DNA of 64,000 nt from Vicugna vicugna. Its lineage: Eukaryota. Of this stretch, positions 25,336 through 38,050 are shown piece after piece. Positions within the stretch are counted from its first letter, which is position 1. Each line of letters opens with the position of its first letter. Under the pieces are notes generated by a model. The model was not told where the DNA came from. It saw only the letters and a program-made list of their open reading frames with translations, and did no database searches. Made by a program: the position numbers and the translations under genes. Location: assembly GCA_013265495.1 (NCBI GenBank), contig MU058337.1, forward strand, positions 6,492,716 through 6,556,715. Reading direction: 5' to 3'.

Positions 25336-27449
25336 AACAAAAGGACAAATCAAGTCTTGAACTTATTGCTGTGAGAAGCCGAACTCTGAATGCAACAATT
25401 CATATCTTCACTTGTCTCTGTAGTTCCTACAACAGGTGCAGTAGCTGTAACACCCTGCAGATTGTCAAAACCAGCGTGGGGGTGGGAGTTCATCAATGAT
25501 CATCATTTCTCCAGTGAAATGGTCTCACGTATCTAGATTATAGCAGACTATATTTGGACACCCAAATAGACAGTAATTTAAATTAGCCCTATGATTCCTT
25601 TTGATTTATAAGAAGTAAAATGTCATCTGCCAAATTCTAAACCTATGCACATTGTTAGTATTTAATCTTATTCATGTGAATGTGGGTTTTTTTTTAAAGT
25701 GTTACTGCAAAAGAAAAAATTTCTAAGCATAAGCTAATATCTTACCTAACAAGATCTGCCTGACCCTTGGTCTTAAGACTAGTTTCCTATGTAAGCTGCA
25801 TCTGAAATTGAGACACAAGGCCAGGCTCCAGGGAACCCTGGGCACCTACACTTCTGCACTTCGCATACTAGTCTAGGGATCCATGGAGACCTGCCTGTGA
25901 AGAAGGCAATTGTTGGTATCCAAACTCATGCTTTCCCATCTCTAATTTTCTTCATTCTAGTTTTCTGCCTAATGGAACAATACAGCTAGCTATATGATTT
26001 CCAGCATTAAAACATGTCCCCTACTGAAGGTTTTGTCATTCGTTTTCTCAAAATTAGAGTTTCAGGATTCCAGAGGTTGAAAAGGCCCACTGTTAAATGT
26101 CTATCTCTCACTTTTAAAAATCCTATTTAGTATTCAATATATGTTCATTATAAACCAATTAAAACATATGGAAATAAACCAATAGGGGCATGGAGAGAAA
26201 GTTAACATTCAAAGATAATTATTAATATTCTGGTACTTTCCTTATAGATCTGTTCTTATGCATTTGTGTGTGTGTATCTCATTCTCTCTCCATAGATGGA
26301 TAGATAGAAGATTGACATAAATAGATACACACACTCATACATATCTTAACAAAAATCACATTACATATACATACTGTTTTGAAACTTGCTTCTTTCCTCT
26401 GCATAAATCACTGAAACATATATTTGGTAATACTGTAACACTCCAACACACATGGAGATATTCAAATTTCTGTGGAAAAGAAAAGGAACAAAATACATAT
26501 AAAAAATACTAAAGACAAAGCCAGGGAGAAGTCCTGTGTAAGTTGTGAAAATAAGCTCAGAGTATTAGGAAATTAGTTTCTTCTAATTCAAACATTTTTA
26601 CTCTCTTAACTTTGAAAACTAATTTTTCATATTTTTATAAAAAATATGACCATGAACTTTTTATAGGAACATGGCTAGGAAATTCTCCAATTGTCATGCA
26701 GTCCTGAGCTTAAAGTTTGCAAAAATCTAGTTTTGGCTTCTTCTTTTTCTTCTTCTTCTTTTGCCTTTTAACTTATTGACCCCAGTATTTTTGCTACATC
26801 CATTGGTAGGATCAAACCGTTACACTTTCAAAAGCATTCCTTTAACCTGAGGTCACACAAATGTGAAATATGAGGAAGTTATAAATAGACTGAAATCTAG
26901 AACAACCATAACCCTGATGTATTTTATCTAAATTTTTATAACTTTGAAGTGCACCGAATACAGGAAGAATGCAGAGCTTTTCTTTTCCAGCCAGAGAAAC
27001 CACACACACAAAAAGAATTCAAAACGATCTCTTTCTCATTTCTGTCGTCTCTCAATCCAAAAAAAGAAAGTGGGGGAGGATTTGAGTCAATCCAACAAAA
27101 ATAAACTGTTGTCATTGTTTATTTAGAAAATAATTCCTTGAGATCCTCTCCTTCCCCTCCAAAGAACTGAAAAAAAAAAAAAAGTCATGAAGATCTTTGG
27201 CTTAGTTTATTTATCTCCTAGAGGAAAAATTATTTAGTATTTGTTTACGTTATAAAAACTACCAATGACAAGTGGGCCCATAAAATTTCCCCTCTTTTTT
27301 GTGTGGTGAGAAAGCAGCAGGGAGGCTAAGTTTGGTCTGCTGTTGGAATATAGTTTGCTGACTCGAATTGCCCAATCTTCTCTGGTTTCTATAAGATTCC
27401 CAAGGTCCATGATCTCTGTCCCAGATGAACAGCCCAAAGGGAGGGGCTT

Positions 27450-27915
27450 GGGTTGGATGACTGGAGTGAGACCAGACACTGGAAGACTGAAATCCAGACA
27501 GTAGATTGAGTTGATGACTCCAGCTGCATCCACACCCTTCCACAGTAGGTAGGTATCTTTCCTTGTCCCTTGACTTTGAGCTTAGCTAGTGATGGTGTGT
27601 CAGTTCCAGTTCTAGGCCTTGAGAGGCCTCTCATGTTCCCGCCATCATTGTGAGAAGAGCACAACCTGGTAAAGCCCTCTAGGGTGAGGAGGAGGAGAAG
27701 GAGGAGGAGGGACCCATGGAGCAGAGCTGCCCCACAGACTTGCAGTAGAAACAAAGCCACCCCAGCAGGAAGCAGAGCCTCCAGCCCAGTCCAGTCTGGC
27801 TGAACCTCAGCAGACCTACAAACGCTTGCCAGCAATAGACGTCCATTGTTTTAAGCCGCTGAATTTTGGAGGGCTCTGTGATGCTGCATCATTGCAGTAA
27901 TATAAACTGAGACAC
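27450..27915 (+). mobile_element. Old MaLR LTR (MLT1F/G/H-like)
   Basis: 3' motif ccagcccagtccag...cattgttttaagccgctgaattttggagg...gcagtaatataaactgagaca. 5' limit uncertain. Confidence 0.6.
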
Positions 27916-28439
27916 AATTTTAACCAAAAAGAATCATAACAAAAATTATAAGAACCTGTACTTCAGGGAGTTTAACATATGGCTGTGTACAAGATGGACT
28001 GATGGGGAACAGACAGCATCGTCATCCAGATGTCAGGCGATGAGCCCAGAATAAGTGGAGACAGCAGGTACGGGAAGAGGAAAGAGACTGACAAAGAACT
28101 GACCACGAGGATGAAAGAAAAGGCTGAATCAATGCAAGAAGGCAGCAAATTTTCACACCTGGGAGACAGGAAATGGTGATAACTTTTGAAGACTTTGAAC
28201 TTTTGACATGCTTTTAGGAAAAATTATTAACTTACTTTGTGCCACGGTGGGTTTGAAGGGACAGCAATATAATCAAGTGGCCATGTGATGTAGTGGAAAG
28301 AGGCCAGTATTAACAAGGACAGACAGGGTTGTTACTCCCAGCTTGGCCTCTTGTAGATTGTGGGGGTTTTCCAAGTAATACAAACTCTCTGAGCCTTGTG
28401 TCCCTCCCACAGCAGGGTTGTGAGGATTCTAGTAGCATG

Positions 28440-28910
28440 GTAGGCGGGAGGTGGGACAGACATCTTGGTCCACCCAGCATCTTTCCTTTTGAGAATGCCC
28501 TTCCCCTAAAATCAGTGGGGCTGTCATTCATCTTCTCTGCCACCTCGATTGATCCACGGGTGGGCATGTGACCCAATCAGGCAATCAGAGTCCATTTTGG
28601 GGAGGTACATACGAATGCTTAGTGAGAAAGGAGTTTCTTCCGATAGCAGGAACAGTCAGGACACTGTAAGCCTGATAGTAGCACCATCTAGGCTGCTCTG
28701 GGGAGGAGATGACCTGAGAATGCAGGTAGCAGAGAAAAGCAGAGAAGAGAACTGGAGAGAGTAGAGAGGGCCCTAATGATATTGTTTGAATCCTAGATCA
28801 ACGGAGCCGTTCATTGGAATTTCCAGCTACATGAGCCAATGTGCCTACAAATTTTTAATGAATATAGTTTGAGCTGGGTTTTCGACTCCTGAAACCAGGA
28901 GTCCTAATTC
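28440..28910 (+). mobile_element. Old MaLR LTR (MLT1J/K-like)
   Basis: gggtgggcatgtgacccaatcaggcaatcagag; ttccagctacatgagccaat; tttgagctgggttttc...ggagtcctaattca. Confidence 0.65.
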
Positions 28911-29109
28911 AGCAGGTATTCAAGAAATAGTAGCTGAACAATATTCAATAGGGAGTTGCCACTTAGAGCTTGCCTGACTTCATATTTCTTGCTTTTTCCT
29001 GTAAATGGCTTGAAGCCCAGTGGCAGCAAAAAAGGTATAAAGAAGTCTGCATCTTCGAAATAGGTGTGATTCATGGGCCTTTGAAAGGAGACGTGACCAA
29101 AGTCACACC

Positions 29110-30640
29110 ATGAGATATGAAGACAGGCTACAAAGCCATAGTAAAAACAAGAACAAAAAACAAAAAACGATGTGGTATTGGCAGAGGAATAGGTAAATAA
29201 ACCAGTGGGACAGAATAAAAAGTTCAAAAATAGATCCATTTATATATGGAAACTAATATATGATTGTCAACACCACAAACCTGTGGGGAAAGGATAAATT
29301 ATTTAACAGATGGTGGTAGAAAACCAGTTTACTATAAGGAGGAAAATAACATTATACAAAGGTCGATTTTGGATAGTCTAAAATGTGAAAGGTAAAAATA
29401 TTGAAACCAATAGAAAAAAAATGTCAGATACCTGTTATCTTGAGGTTGAGAAGAGCTTTTTAAAACTGAAGTATAGTCGATTACAATGTGTCTATCTCTG
29501 GTATAGCACAGTAAAGAAGAAATTCTTAAATAAATCCTAAAAGCACAAACTGAGACAAAAAACGGTGAATTTGAACCCATTAAATTAAACAGTTTTAGTC
29601 AACCAAGGTCACCACAGACAGAGCAGGAGAGGAGAACTATTACATCAAAATCCAGCAAGGAAGTAACATCTAGAACAGAGGTCAGCAAGCCATGGCTCCC
29701 AAGCAAATCGAGCCCTGCCACCTGCTCGTGTAAGTAAAATGTTACTGGAACAAAGTCCAGCTCATTCATTACATGTCATCTATGGCTGCTCCCTGCTATA
29801 GTGGCGGAGATGAACTGGTGCAGCAGAGAACTAGTGGCCTGCAAAGCCTAAAATACTTAACTTCCTGGGTCTTTACAGTTAAATACACTGACATCTTATC
29901 TAGAATATACAAGGAAATTAACCGCTCCCCTAAAAGAGTCAGGAACTCAGTAGAACAATGGGCCAAGGACATAAAAGGGAAAATACAAAGACGTGCTCAA
30001 CCTCACTGTTAGAGAAATGCAAATTATGTAAAATGAGATTCCACTTTACACCCACAACATAGGAAAAACTAGCAAGCCAGGTGATAGCAATTGTTGAGAA
30101 AGATGTAGGGAGATGGAAATTAGCACGCAGCACAGACGGGGTGTAGCCTATGCTGTCTTCCGGAGAGCAGCTCAGCAGAACTCAGTAGAATTCCTAGGTG
30201 GACACTCTGTGACCTGGCAATCCCACACCTGGGTGCAACTCAGAAAGTTTACCCAGGTCTGTAAGAGGAGGTGGACAAGGATGTTCATCCCAGCAGTTTA
30301 GGGGAGCAGGCTGCTGGAGTCAGCCTAGAAATATCAAAGGGAAGGGCAGACAAACTGTGCTGGGTGCATCCTGGGGAGCGCTACACAGCGGTTAGCATTG
30401 GGTAGATCATGCTGTGGACAAGAGAAAAATAAAACAGAATGAGACCCATAGTCCAGCACTGTATGTGTGTACATATGTATGTATGTGTACATATATGTAT
30501 ATATAAAACACATACACGAAACAATTCTGTGTATTTTTCAGAATGATGTACATATGTACATATTTAAGGACATTCACCAAACGTATTACAGGAGGATGGA
30601 GTAACAAGTTTTGTAAATTAAGATAAAAATAAAAGAGGAG
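29110..30640 (+). mobile_element. Old L1 (L1ME-type) remnant interrupted by MER58 and a short antisense L1 tail (~29460-29510)
   Basis: ctacaaagccatagtaaaa...tgtggtattggcagaggaatagg; atgagattccactttacaccca; heavily decayed. Confidence 0.65.
29676..29897 (+). mobile_element. MER58A-like hAT-Charlie element
   Basis: cagaggtcagcaa...tggcctgcaaagcctaaaatacttaacttcctgggtctttacag. Perfect 8-bp TSD atctagaa at 29668-29675 and 29898-29905. Confidence 0.85.
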
Positions 30641-30919
30641 AAGGGCCTTACATATACAGATGACAGCAGCAGAATTAGCTAAATTCTGTGTATCTGAATT
30701 CCAAACATGCGGATGTGAACTTTCATCAGAGAAAGTGGTTCCCAGGCTGGAAAAGAACTTGGGTGAATGGATAGGACTAGAGATGGTTTGAGAGTTCTCC
30801 ATAGAGTGTTACCACTGGAGCTCTAACGTGAATGAATTTTCTTAGTATAAATATATAACTTTATTGGTACTTCCATTGCAATATATCCCATAACTGGCAC
30901 CAATGCAGTATATCCCATT

Positions 30920-31200
30920 TGTGCCAGTTATCAGTTTATTGCCTCATGGCTCCAAATCCACCCTTCTTTGCCCTGCCCTGTGATGCTGGAGCTGGATCTT
31001 GTAAACATTTCTCCTTTGCCTCCTGTCCCAGAGGTAAGTATTTTCAGTAGCAGGCACTGGAAGGACACAGCAGGTGATACTTTTCCCCCTGTTTCCAGTG
31101 TCTTTCTTCTTGTTCCTACAGCATAAAAGCCAGGGCGAGGCCCAGCGACACACACCCTCCTCCATAAGAGCTTCAGACCCATCTAGATCCAAACTGACAC
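30920..31200. mobile_element. ERVL LTR (LTR33-like) fragment
   Basis: Begins tgtgccagttatcagtttattgcctcatggctccaaatccacccttc...tgtgatgctggagctgg...aaacatttctcctttgcc. Confidence 0.6.
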
Positions 31201-31394
31201 AGGAGACCCTTTCCTGGACGTCTGCTGAAAGAGTGCATGCTCTGCACACACACATGTGCACTCACAGACACACACACGCACACACATGCAGGGGGATAAA
31301 GGGGGAACCAGACAGGACGGATGCAGTGAAGCAGCAGCTAGAAAGGCAAGTAAGTGCCTTAAGAAAACGCACTGCCGCAGATGGCAGCAGGTTC

Positions 31395-31590
31395 AAGCTT
31401 TGGTTCTCAGACACTGAGGGGCATCAGAATCACCTCGATGGAACTGAGGGTCAGAATTGCCTCACCTGGGCCCCACTTGCAGAGTTCCTGATGCAGGTCT
31501 GGGGCTGGGCCTGAAAATGTGCATTTCTAACAAGTCCTCAGGTGATGCTGATGCTACTGGTCTGGGAACCACACCGAGAGCCCCCAGACT
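31395..31590. mobile_element. MER5A-like hAT element
   Basis: catcagaatcacct...tgcatttctaacaagtcctcaggtgatgctgatgctactggtctgggaaccaca matches the recalled MER5A consensus. Confidence 0.78.
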
Positions 31591-32209
31591 TTCAGGAAGA
31601 AGCGGCTCAGAAAATCAAATCCCTCAGAGGCTTGGCATGAAGTAGCGAACAGATTGAGAACATTTCCATGTTGTCAGTCCAGATAGTAATTTCCAGAGAA
31701 TAGCAGATTGGTGGCTTCCTGTCCCCTGAAAAAATACAAAAAAACCCCCCGATTCCTGTCCCCCGGGAATACCCCATTGTCAAAAGCTGCAGGCAGCCTG
31801 GGCACATCCTCTTCATTAAAGCTGTTGTCAATGACACTGCCCAGCGTCCAGCTGGACTAGGACGGTCGGAGTGGGTTAGCGGGTCAGTCAGCGCCTGTCA
31901 CTCTCAGAGTTCTTCACTTTTAACCAAACCCTCAGGTCAGAAGCCTTCAATGCAATAAAGGCATTCATGGTCTGAATCCATAGCTCAATAGAACAGAAAC
32001 TGAAAATAATCAAAACTACTTTGAAAGGTGGTTGAGAGACACCCCCTGAAAACAGCTTTTTTGTGTCCATCATCTGGGTTAGAGTCAAAATAGAAACCAG
32101 GAAGGAAGGCTCTACAGCTCCCTCGGATGGACATTTATATTCCAACTCTGTTCCCATTTCAGAGCACATTTCATTGCTTACTGAATATGGGACATTTTTG
32201 GTTACCTAC

Positions 32210-32470
32210 TGTTTGAGTTTCCTAGCATTGCTATAGCAAATAATCATAAAACAGGAGGCTGAAAACCACAGAAATTTGTTCTCTCAGTTTTGGAGGCTAG
32301 AGATCCAAAATCAATGTGTCAGCTGGACTGCACTCCCACTGAAACCTGTAGGCGAGGGCCTTTTCTTACCTCTCCCAGCTTCTTCTGACTTGCTGGCCAT
32401 CCTTGGCGTCTCTGGCTGGCAGCTGTCTCTCTTAGTCACTGTCTTAGTCGTCACCTGGCACCTCCCTATG
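32210..32470 (-). mobile_element. MaLR LTR fragment (MLT1-type)
   Basis: cagaaatttgttctctcagttttggaggctagagatccaaaatcaatgtgtcagc...ccatccttggcgtc. Confidence 0.7.
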
Positions 32471-33140
32471 TGTTTCTGTCACCAGGGACCATGTTCAGTA
32501 TTTTTGCCACAAGACAAAATGGCAAATACTGAGGCAGAAAATTCTGGAATGTTGGCAGAGGGTTGTTTTCCCCTCAGTCACCAAGTGGGTCCCCCGGGAT
32601 GTATATATGGATCAAGTCGGGCTCTGGTGGCCTTAGAAAGTGGTCAGCTAATAGCACAACTTCTGCTGAGCCCAGGAAAGACAGGATGGACCAGACTCCC
32701 AGAGGTTTGAGTTCAGGTGCAATCAGGATTTAGTGACAGATTCCCTGACCCACAATGTTGGATGAGAACTCAAGGAGACTTTCCACTTACACATTGCAAA
32801 GTAGATATACAAGGAAAATTGTCAAAAATTTGGAAATGGGCAAAAGAGATTATTAGTATCCTTCCAGTGAAAGGCTGGAGTGTTGTGTCCCAGACCATCC
32901 AGGAAGACCAGATCCTATAAGGGTCCATGCACCTCTGATTGTCTTTAATTGGACTAGTATACAATTCTGTAGAGAGAAAAGTAAACTTGTAGAAAACAGA
33001 TAGTCATGTAAACATTTCTCATCTCTAGTGATGCCAACGAGTCCTGTTCCCAGCAAGGCCAAAGAACCTTGTCCAGTAGAGAATGTAAATCCCTGCAAGT
33101 CTAAATCGCATCTCACCTGGTTTTAATCTCACTTGTTCTT
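32470..33140. mobile_element. Possible decayed ERV internal fragment
   Basis: Abuts an LTR fragment and resembles non-autonomous ERV1 internal sequence; no intact ORF. Family not determined. Confidence 0.35.
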
Positions 33141-33629
33141 TCATTGATAAGTTAAATAAAATCTTTAACATGCAAGCACTTTATCTTTGCCTGGAAGTCA
33201 TATTTCACCTTTCAGAATTTTATATTCTAACAGGTAAAGAGGTAAACAGGAGTAAAATGAGAGTGGCGCGGATGCCTGGAGGCTCAAAAGTTCAACTTGG
33301 AGTAGATAAGTATGGAGAAGAGCAAGTCCTGTTAGGGAGGGATGAAAAAATAATCTGTTGGGGGAAAAAAATTTAAAAGAGGTGAAGCCTGTCATTGGAC
33401 CTTTCCAATTCTCTTTTCTCTGACCTCCTGACACCCTAACTTTCCTGAGGCCATATAAATCTTCTCTCTTACACACCCCCACGGTCTGAACTCACTCCCT
33501 AACCCCAAGATCCAAAATTCCGTCTTCCTTTCCCAGCAAGACTCTCTGCCCAGCTAAGAGGCTGAAACTGAGTACAACTCCTGAAGGGTATTTTTTTCTC
33601 CCTTTTTTGATAAATTTAAAAAAATTTTT

Positions 33630-34085
33630 AGGATTATGCCAAATTGGTAAAATTGTGGTAGAATATATAACATAATATTATTTTTAAGAGTACAGTTTAG
33701 TGGCATTAAGTACATTAATAATACTGTATAACCATCATAACTATCTGTACCTAAAACTTCTCATCTTCCCAAACATCAGCTCAGTACCCATTAAATAATA
33801 ACTCCAACCCCTGCTCAGTCCTATTCTACTTTCTGTCTCTATAAATTTGACTACTCTAGGTATCTTATATGAATGAAATTGTACAACATTTGTCCTTCTG
33901 TGACAGGCTTATTTCCTTTAGCATAACGTCTTCAAGGTTCATCCACGCTGCAGCATGCATCAGAATTCCAGGCTGAACATTCCATGGTATGGCTAGGCCA
34001 CATTTGGTCTAGCTGTTCATCTGTTGGTGATCATTTGGGTTGTTTACGCCTTTGGGCTATCGTGAATAGTGCTGCTATAAACTTT
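33630..34085 (-). mobile_element. L1 (L1MA/MB-type) 3' end
   Basis: Reverse-complement 3' UTR and ORF2 end: acagtttagtggcattaagtacatt, gtcttcaaggttcatcca, gtgaatagtgctgctataaac. Confidence 0.8.
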
Positions 34086-34329
34086 CTCCCTCTGTCTCTC
34101 TTTTTTTAATCAGCTGGCCAGAAGAAGTTTAAAAAAAAGATCTCTTACTGGGGCAGTGTGTGCATTTGGAAGAGTGGGAATTCTGCTTTGCCTTGTCCTC
34201 ATCTTCTCAGAAACCAGGATGTGCAACCTGGCATCCTGCTGCTGAAAGATGGCCACCCTCCAGCACTTTCCTGCAGAACATGCCAAGGAATTTTTGCTAC
34301 CTTCCCTCTGTCCCCATTTTATTAGCTGG

Positions 34330-34687
34330 TATATTAGTTTTGCAGGGCTGCCATAACAAAGTATCACAGACTGGGTGGTTTAAAAAACAGAAATTGATTT
34401 CCTCACAGTTTTGAGGCCGTTAAGTCCAAGATCAAGGTGTTGGCAGGTTTGGTTTCTCCTGAGGCCTCTCTCCTTGACTTGTAAATGGCTGTCTTCCCTC
34501 TGTGTGTGTCCTAATCTCCTCTTCTATAAGGACACCAGTCAGATTGGATTAGGCCCACCCTAGTGATCTCATTTAACTTAATTACCTCTTCAAAGGCTTT
34601 ATGTCTAAATATAGTCACATTCCAAGGTACTGGGGGTTAGGACTTCAACATATGAATTTCTGGGGGGACACAATTTAGCCCCTAACA
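34330..34687 (-). mobile_element. MaLR solo LTR (MLT1A-like)
   Basis: tatattagttttgcagggctgccataacaaagtatcacagactgggtgg...ggggacacaatttagcccctaaca. 5-bp TSD gctgg at 34325-34329 and 34688-34692. Confidence 0.87.
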
Positions 34688-35094
34688 GCTGGTAACCAGA
34701 TTGATAGCATATCACTCTCACATACCCTGGAAGTTTTTAGTGGGCTGGTTTCATGAAATTGGGTTCATAGAATAGGTGCTTACTTTTATTGATATAGCCT
34801 GGAATCTGCTTAGTGGACACAAAACCACTTAAGACCAGACCAAAACTGCAGAACTCTCTGGAGGAAATTGCATTAATTCATTGAATTAGATACATCCTAG
34901 GTCAGGATTTTCTGGCTGTTTCCTGAGAAGAATGTCATTTTCCCTAAGCAGGTGGTAGGGTGTGTGGGTGCTGCCAGTGAAGGTCGTGATGGGGGTGAGA
35001 GGGGAGCTGGTTGTGGATTTTGTGATTTTGGCTAAATTGCTTAACTTACCTGGGCTTCAGTTTCCTCCTCTGTGAGAGGGAGGGGCTCTTTAGG

Positions 35095-35256
35095 CCCCTT
35101 CTACTCAAATGTGGGCCTGGAACTGGGAGCATTGCATTACCTGGAGCTGGTGAGACATGCAGAAACTCTGGATCCATCCCAGGCCTGCTGAATTAGAATC
35201 CCCATCTTAAGATCTCCAAGGTGATTCACATGCACATGGAAGTTTGAGAAGCACTG
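35095..35256. mobile_element. MER5A/B-like hAT element
   Basis: ctactcaaatgtgggcc...gctgaattagaatc...caaggtgattcacatgcacatggaagtttgagaagcactg. Confidence 0.72.
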
Positions 35257-35560
35257 ATTTAAAGGCTCATGGGGTCTCGTGGTCACAGAGGGAGATCAAG
35301 GAGCCAGTCACTATGAAACTTAATTTCTCCCTTCCTTCATTCCCCCTCTCAGATAGTGGGTTGGAGAAGAGATATTCACCCCTGCTCCTAAGCCACTGTA
35401 AACATACACAGGAAAGAAAGGCTACCTTCCTATAGGCAACTGTTGCCCCATTCAGAGCAGAAAGCTAGGATTCAAATGCAAGTGCTCTTCCTTCCCACTT
35501 GCTAATAATCTTTGGGGAAGAGATCTAGGGAATAAGCAAAGACCAACAAAATTATTGGGC

Positions 35561-37100
35561 TGATTTACATGCTGCTGTCCAGTTTTCCCAACACCATTTG
35601 CTGAAGAGACTGTCTTTATTCCATTGTATATTCTTGCCTCCTTTGTCGAAGATTAGTTGACCAAGTTTGTGGGTTCATTTCTGAGCTCTCTATTCTGTTC
35701 CACTGGTCTATATGTGTGTTTTTGTACCAATACCATGCTGTCTTGATTACTGTAGCTCTATAGTATTGTCTGAAGTCTGGGAGAGTTATTCCTCCAGCCT
35801 CTTTCTTTTTCTTCAGTGAAACTAGAACACTCCCTAACACCATACACAAAAATAAACTCAAAATGGATCAAAGACTTAAACATAAGACAAGATAAATAAA
35901 CCTCCTAGACAAAAATATAGTCAAATCATTATCTCACATACATCTCAAAAATTTTCTCCTAGGACAGTCTACCCAAGCAATAGACATAAAAGCAAGAATA
36001 AACAAATGGGACCTAACTAAACTTACAAGCTTCTGCACAGCAAAGGAAACCATAATAAAAACAAAATGACAACCTACGGAATGGGAGAACATTTTTACAA
36101 ATGAAACAGACAAATGCTTGATCTCCAGAATATATAAGCAGCTCATACGACTCAATAAGAAAAAAACAAACAGCCCAATCCAAAAATGGGCAGAACACCT
36201 AAACAAGCAACTCACCAAGGAAGAAATACAAATGATCAATAGGCACATGAAAAAAATCAATATCACTAATTATCAGTGAAATGCAAATCAAAACTACAAT
36301 GAGGTATCACCTCATACTAGTCAGAATGGCCATCATTCAAAAATTCACAAATGACAAATGCTGGAGAGGCTGTGGAGAAAAGGGAACCCTCCTACACTGC
36401 TGGTGGGAATGCAGTTTGGTGCAGCCACTGTGGAAAACAGTATGGAGATTCCTCAAAAGACTAGGAATAGATTTACCATATGACCCAGGAATCCTGCTCC
36501 TGGGCATATATCCAGAAGGAACCCTACTTCAGGATGACACCTGCACCCCAATGTCCATAGCAGCACTATTTACAATAGCCAAGACATGGAAACAGCCTAA
36601 ATGTCCATCAACAGATGACTAGATAAAGAAGATATGGTATCTTTATACAATGGAATAATATTCAGCCATAAAAAACACCATTTGCAGCAACATGGATGTC
36701 CCTGGAGAATGTCATTCTAAGTGAAGCAAGCCAGAAAGGGAAAGAAAAATACCATATGAGATCACGTTTATATATATATAAATACAAAACAGAAACAGAC
36801 TCACAGACTTGTGGTTGCCAAGGGGGTGAAGGGTGGGGGGGTGGGAAGGGACAGACTGGGATTTCAAAATGTAGAATAGATAAATAAGATTATACTGTAT
36901 AGCACAGGGAAATATATACAAGATCTTGTCGTCGCTCACAGAGAAAAAAAAACTGACAATGAATCTATGTATGTTCATGTATAACTGAAAAATTGTGCTC
37001 TACACTTTGACACAACATTGTAAAATTTGAATTTTGACACAACATTGTAAAATGACTATTACTCAATAAAAAAATGTTAAAAAAAAGTGCAAAAAAAAAA
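35561..37100 (+). mobile_element. Young 5'-truncated, 5'-inverted LINE-1 (35561-35815 inverted; 35816-37100 sense)
   Basis: Sense part encodes the ORF2 C-terminus including the [18 protein letters not shown]ys-rich motif (ORF 36281..36622), then 3' UTR, AATAAA and poly(A). Inverted part encodes the ORF2 segment [28 protein letters not shown] attattggg at 35551-35559 and 37102-37110. Confidence 0.93.
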
Positions 37101-37169
37101 GATTATTGGGTTAATTTTCCTGCTGGCCTCCACCCTGCAATCTGCCATAGATTCATGTTACAAAAAAGG

Positions 37170-38050
37170 AGAGCTGAACTCAACAGTAGAAAACAAAAAA
37201 TCCAACTAGAATGTGGGCAACAGATATGAACAGACATTTCACCGAAGATGGCAAATAAGCACATGAAAGAAGTCTGACATCAGTAGCCATAAGGAAAACA
37301 CCAGCTGAAACCACAATTAGATGCCACTATACACCTATCAGAACATAAAAAATAGTGACATCACCAAGCACTGGTGAGAATGTGGAGAAACTGGATCATT
37401 CATATGCTCCCAGTGGGAATGTAAAATGGTACAGCCACTCTGTAAAACAGTTTGGCAGTTTCTTATAAAACTAAACATGTAGCTACCATTTGATTCTGTA
37501 TTTCACTCTTGGGCATTTATCCCAGAGAAATGAAAACTTATGTTCACATAAAAATCTATATAAAAATGTTCAGAGAGGCTTTATTTGTAATAGCCCCAAA
37601 CTGGAAACAATCCCGATGTCCTTCAATGCGGGAAACAAACTCTGAAACATCCACACCCTGGAATATTCTCAGCCATAAAACACAGCAACCGGGATGAATC
37701 TCCAGAGACTTACACTGAGAGAAGAAAGCCAGTCCCAAAGGTCACATATTGCTTGAGTCATTAAATGATATTCTTGTAGTGACAGAATTATAGAAATGGA
37801 AAACAGATTAATAGTGGGAAGTGGGAAAGGGAGGTGGGGGTGGCTATAAAAGGGCAACCTAAGGGATCTTTGTGGTGATGGAAATGTTCTGTATCTTCAC
37901 ATATCAAAGTCAATGTCCTGATTTTGATATTGTGCTATATGGTTTTGCAAGATGTTACCACTGGGGGGAACTGGCAAAGAGAATACAGGGTCCATCTGTG
38001 TTGTTTCCTACAATTGCATATAAATTTACAATTCTCTCAAAAAAAAAAAA
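37170..38050 (+). mobile_element. L1MC-type 3' end
   Basis: ORF2 remnant MGIYPREMKTYVH and 3' UTR ggctataaaagggcaac...gtggtgatggaaatgttctgtatctt, ending in poly(A). Confidence 0.8.
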
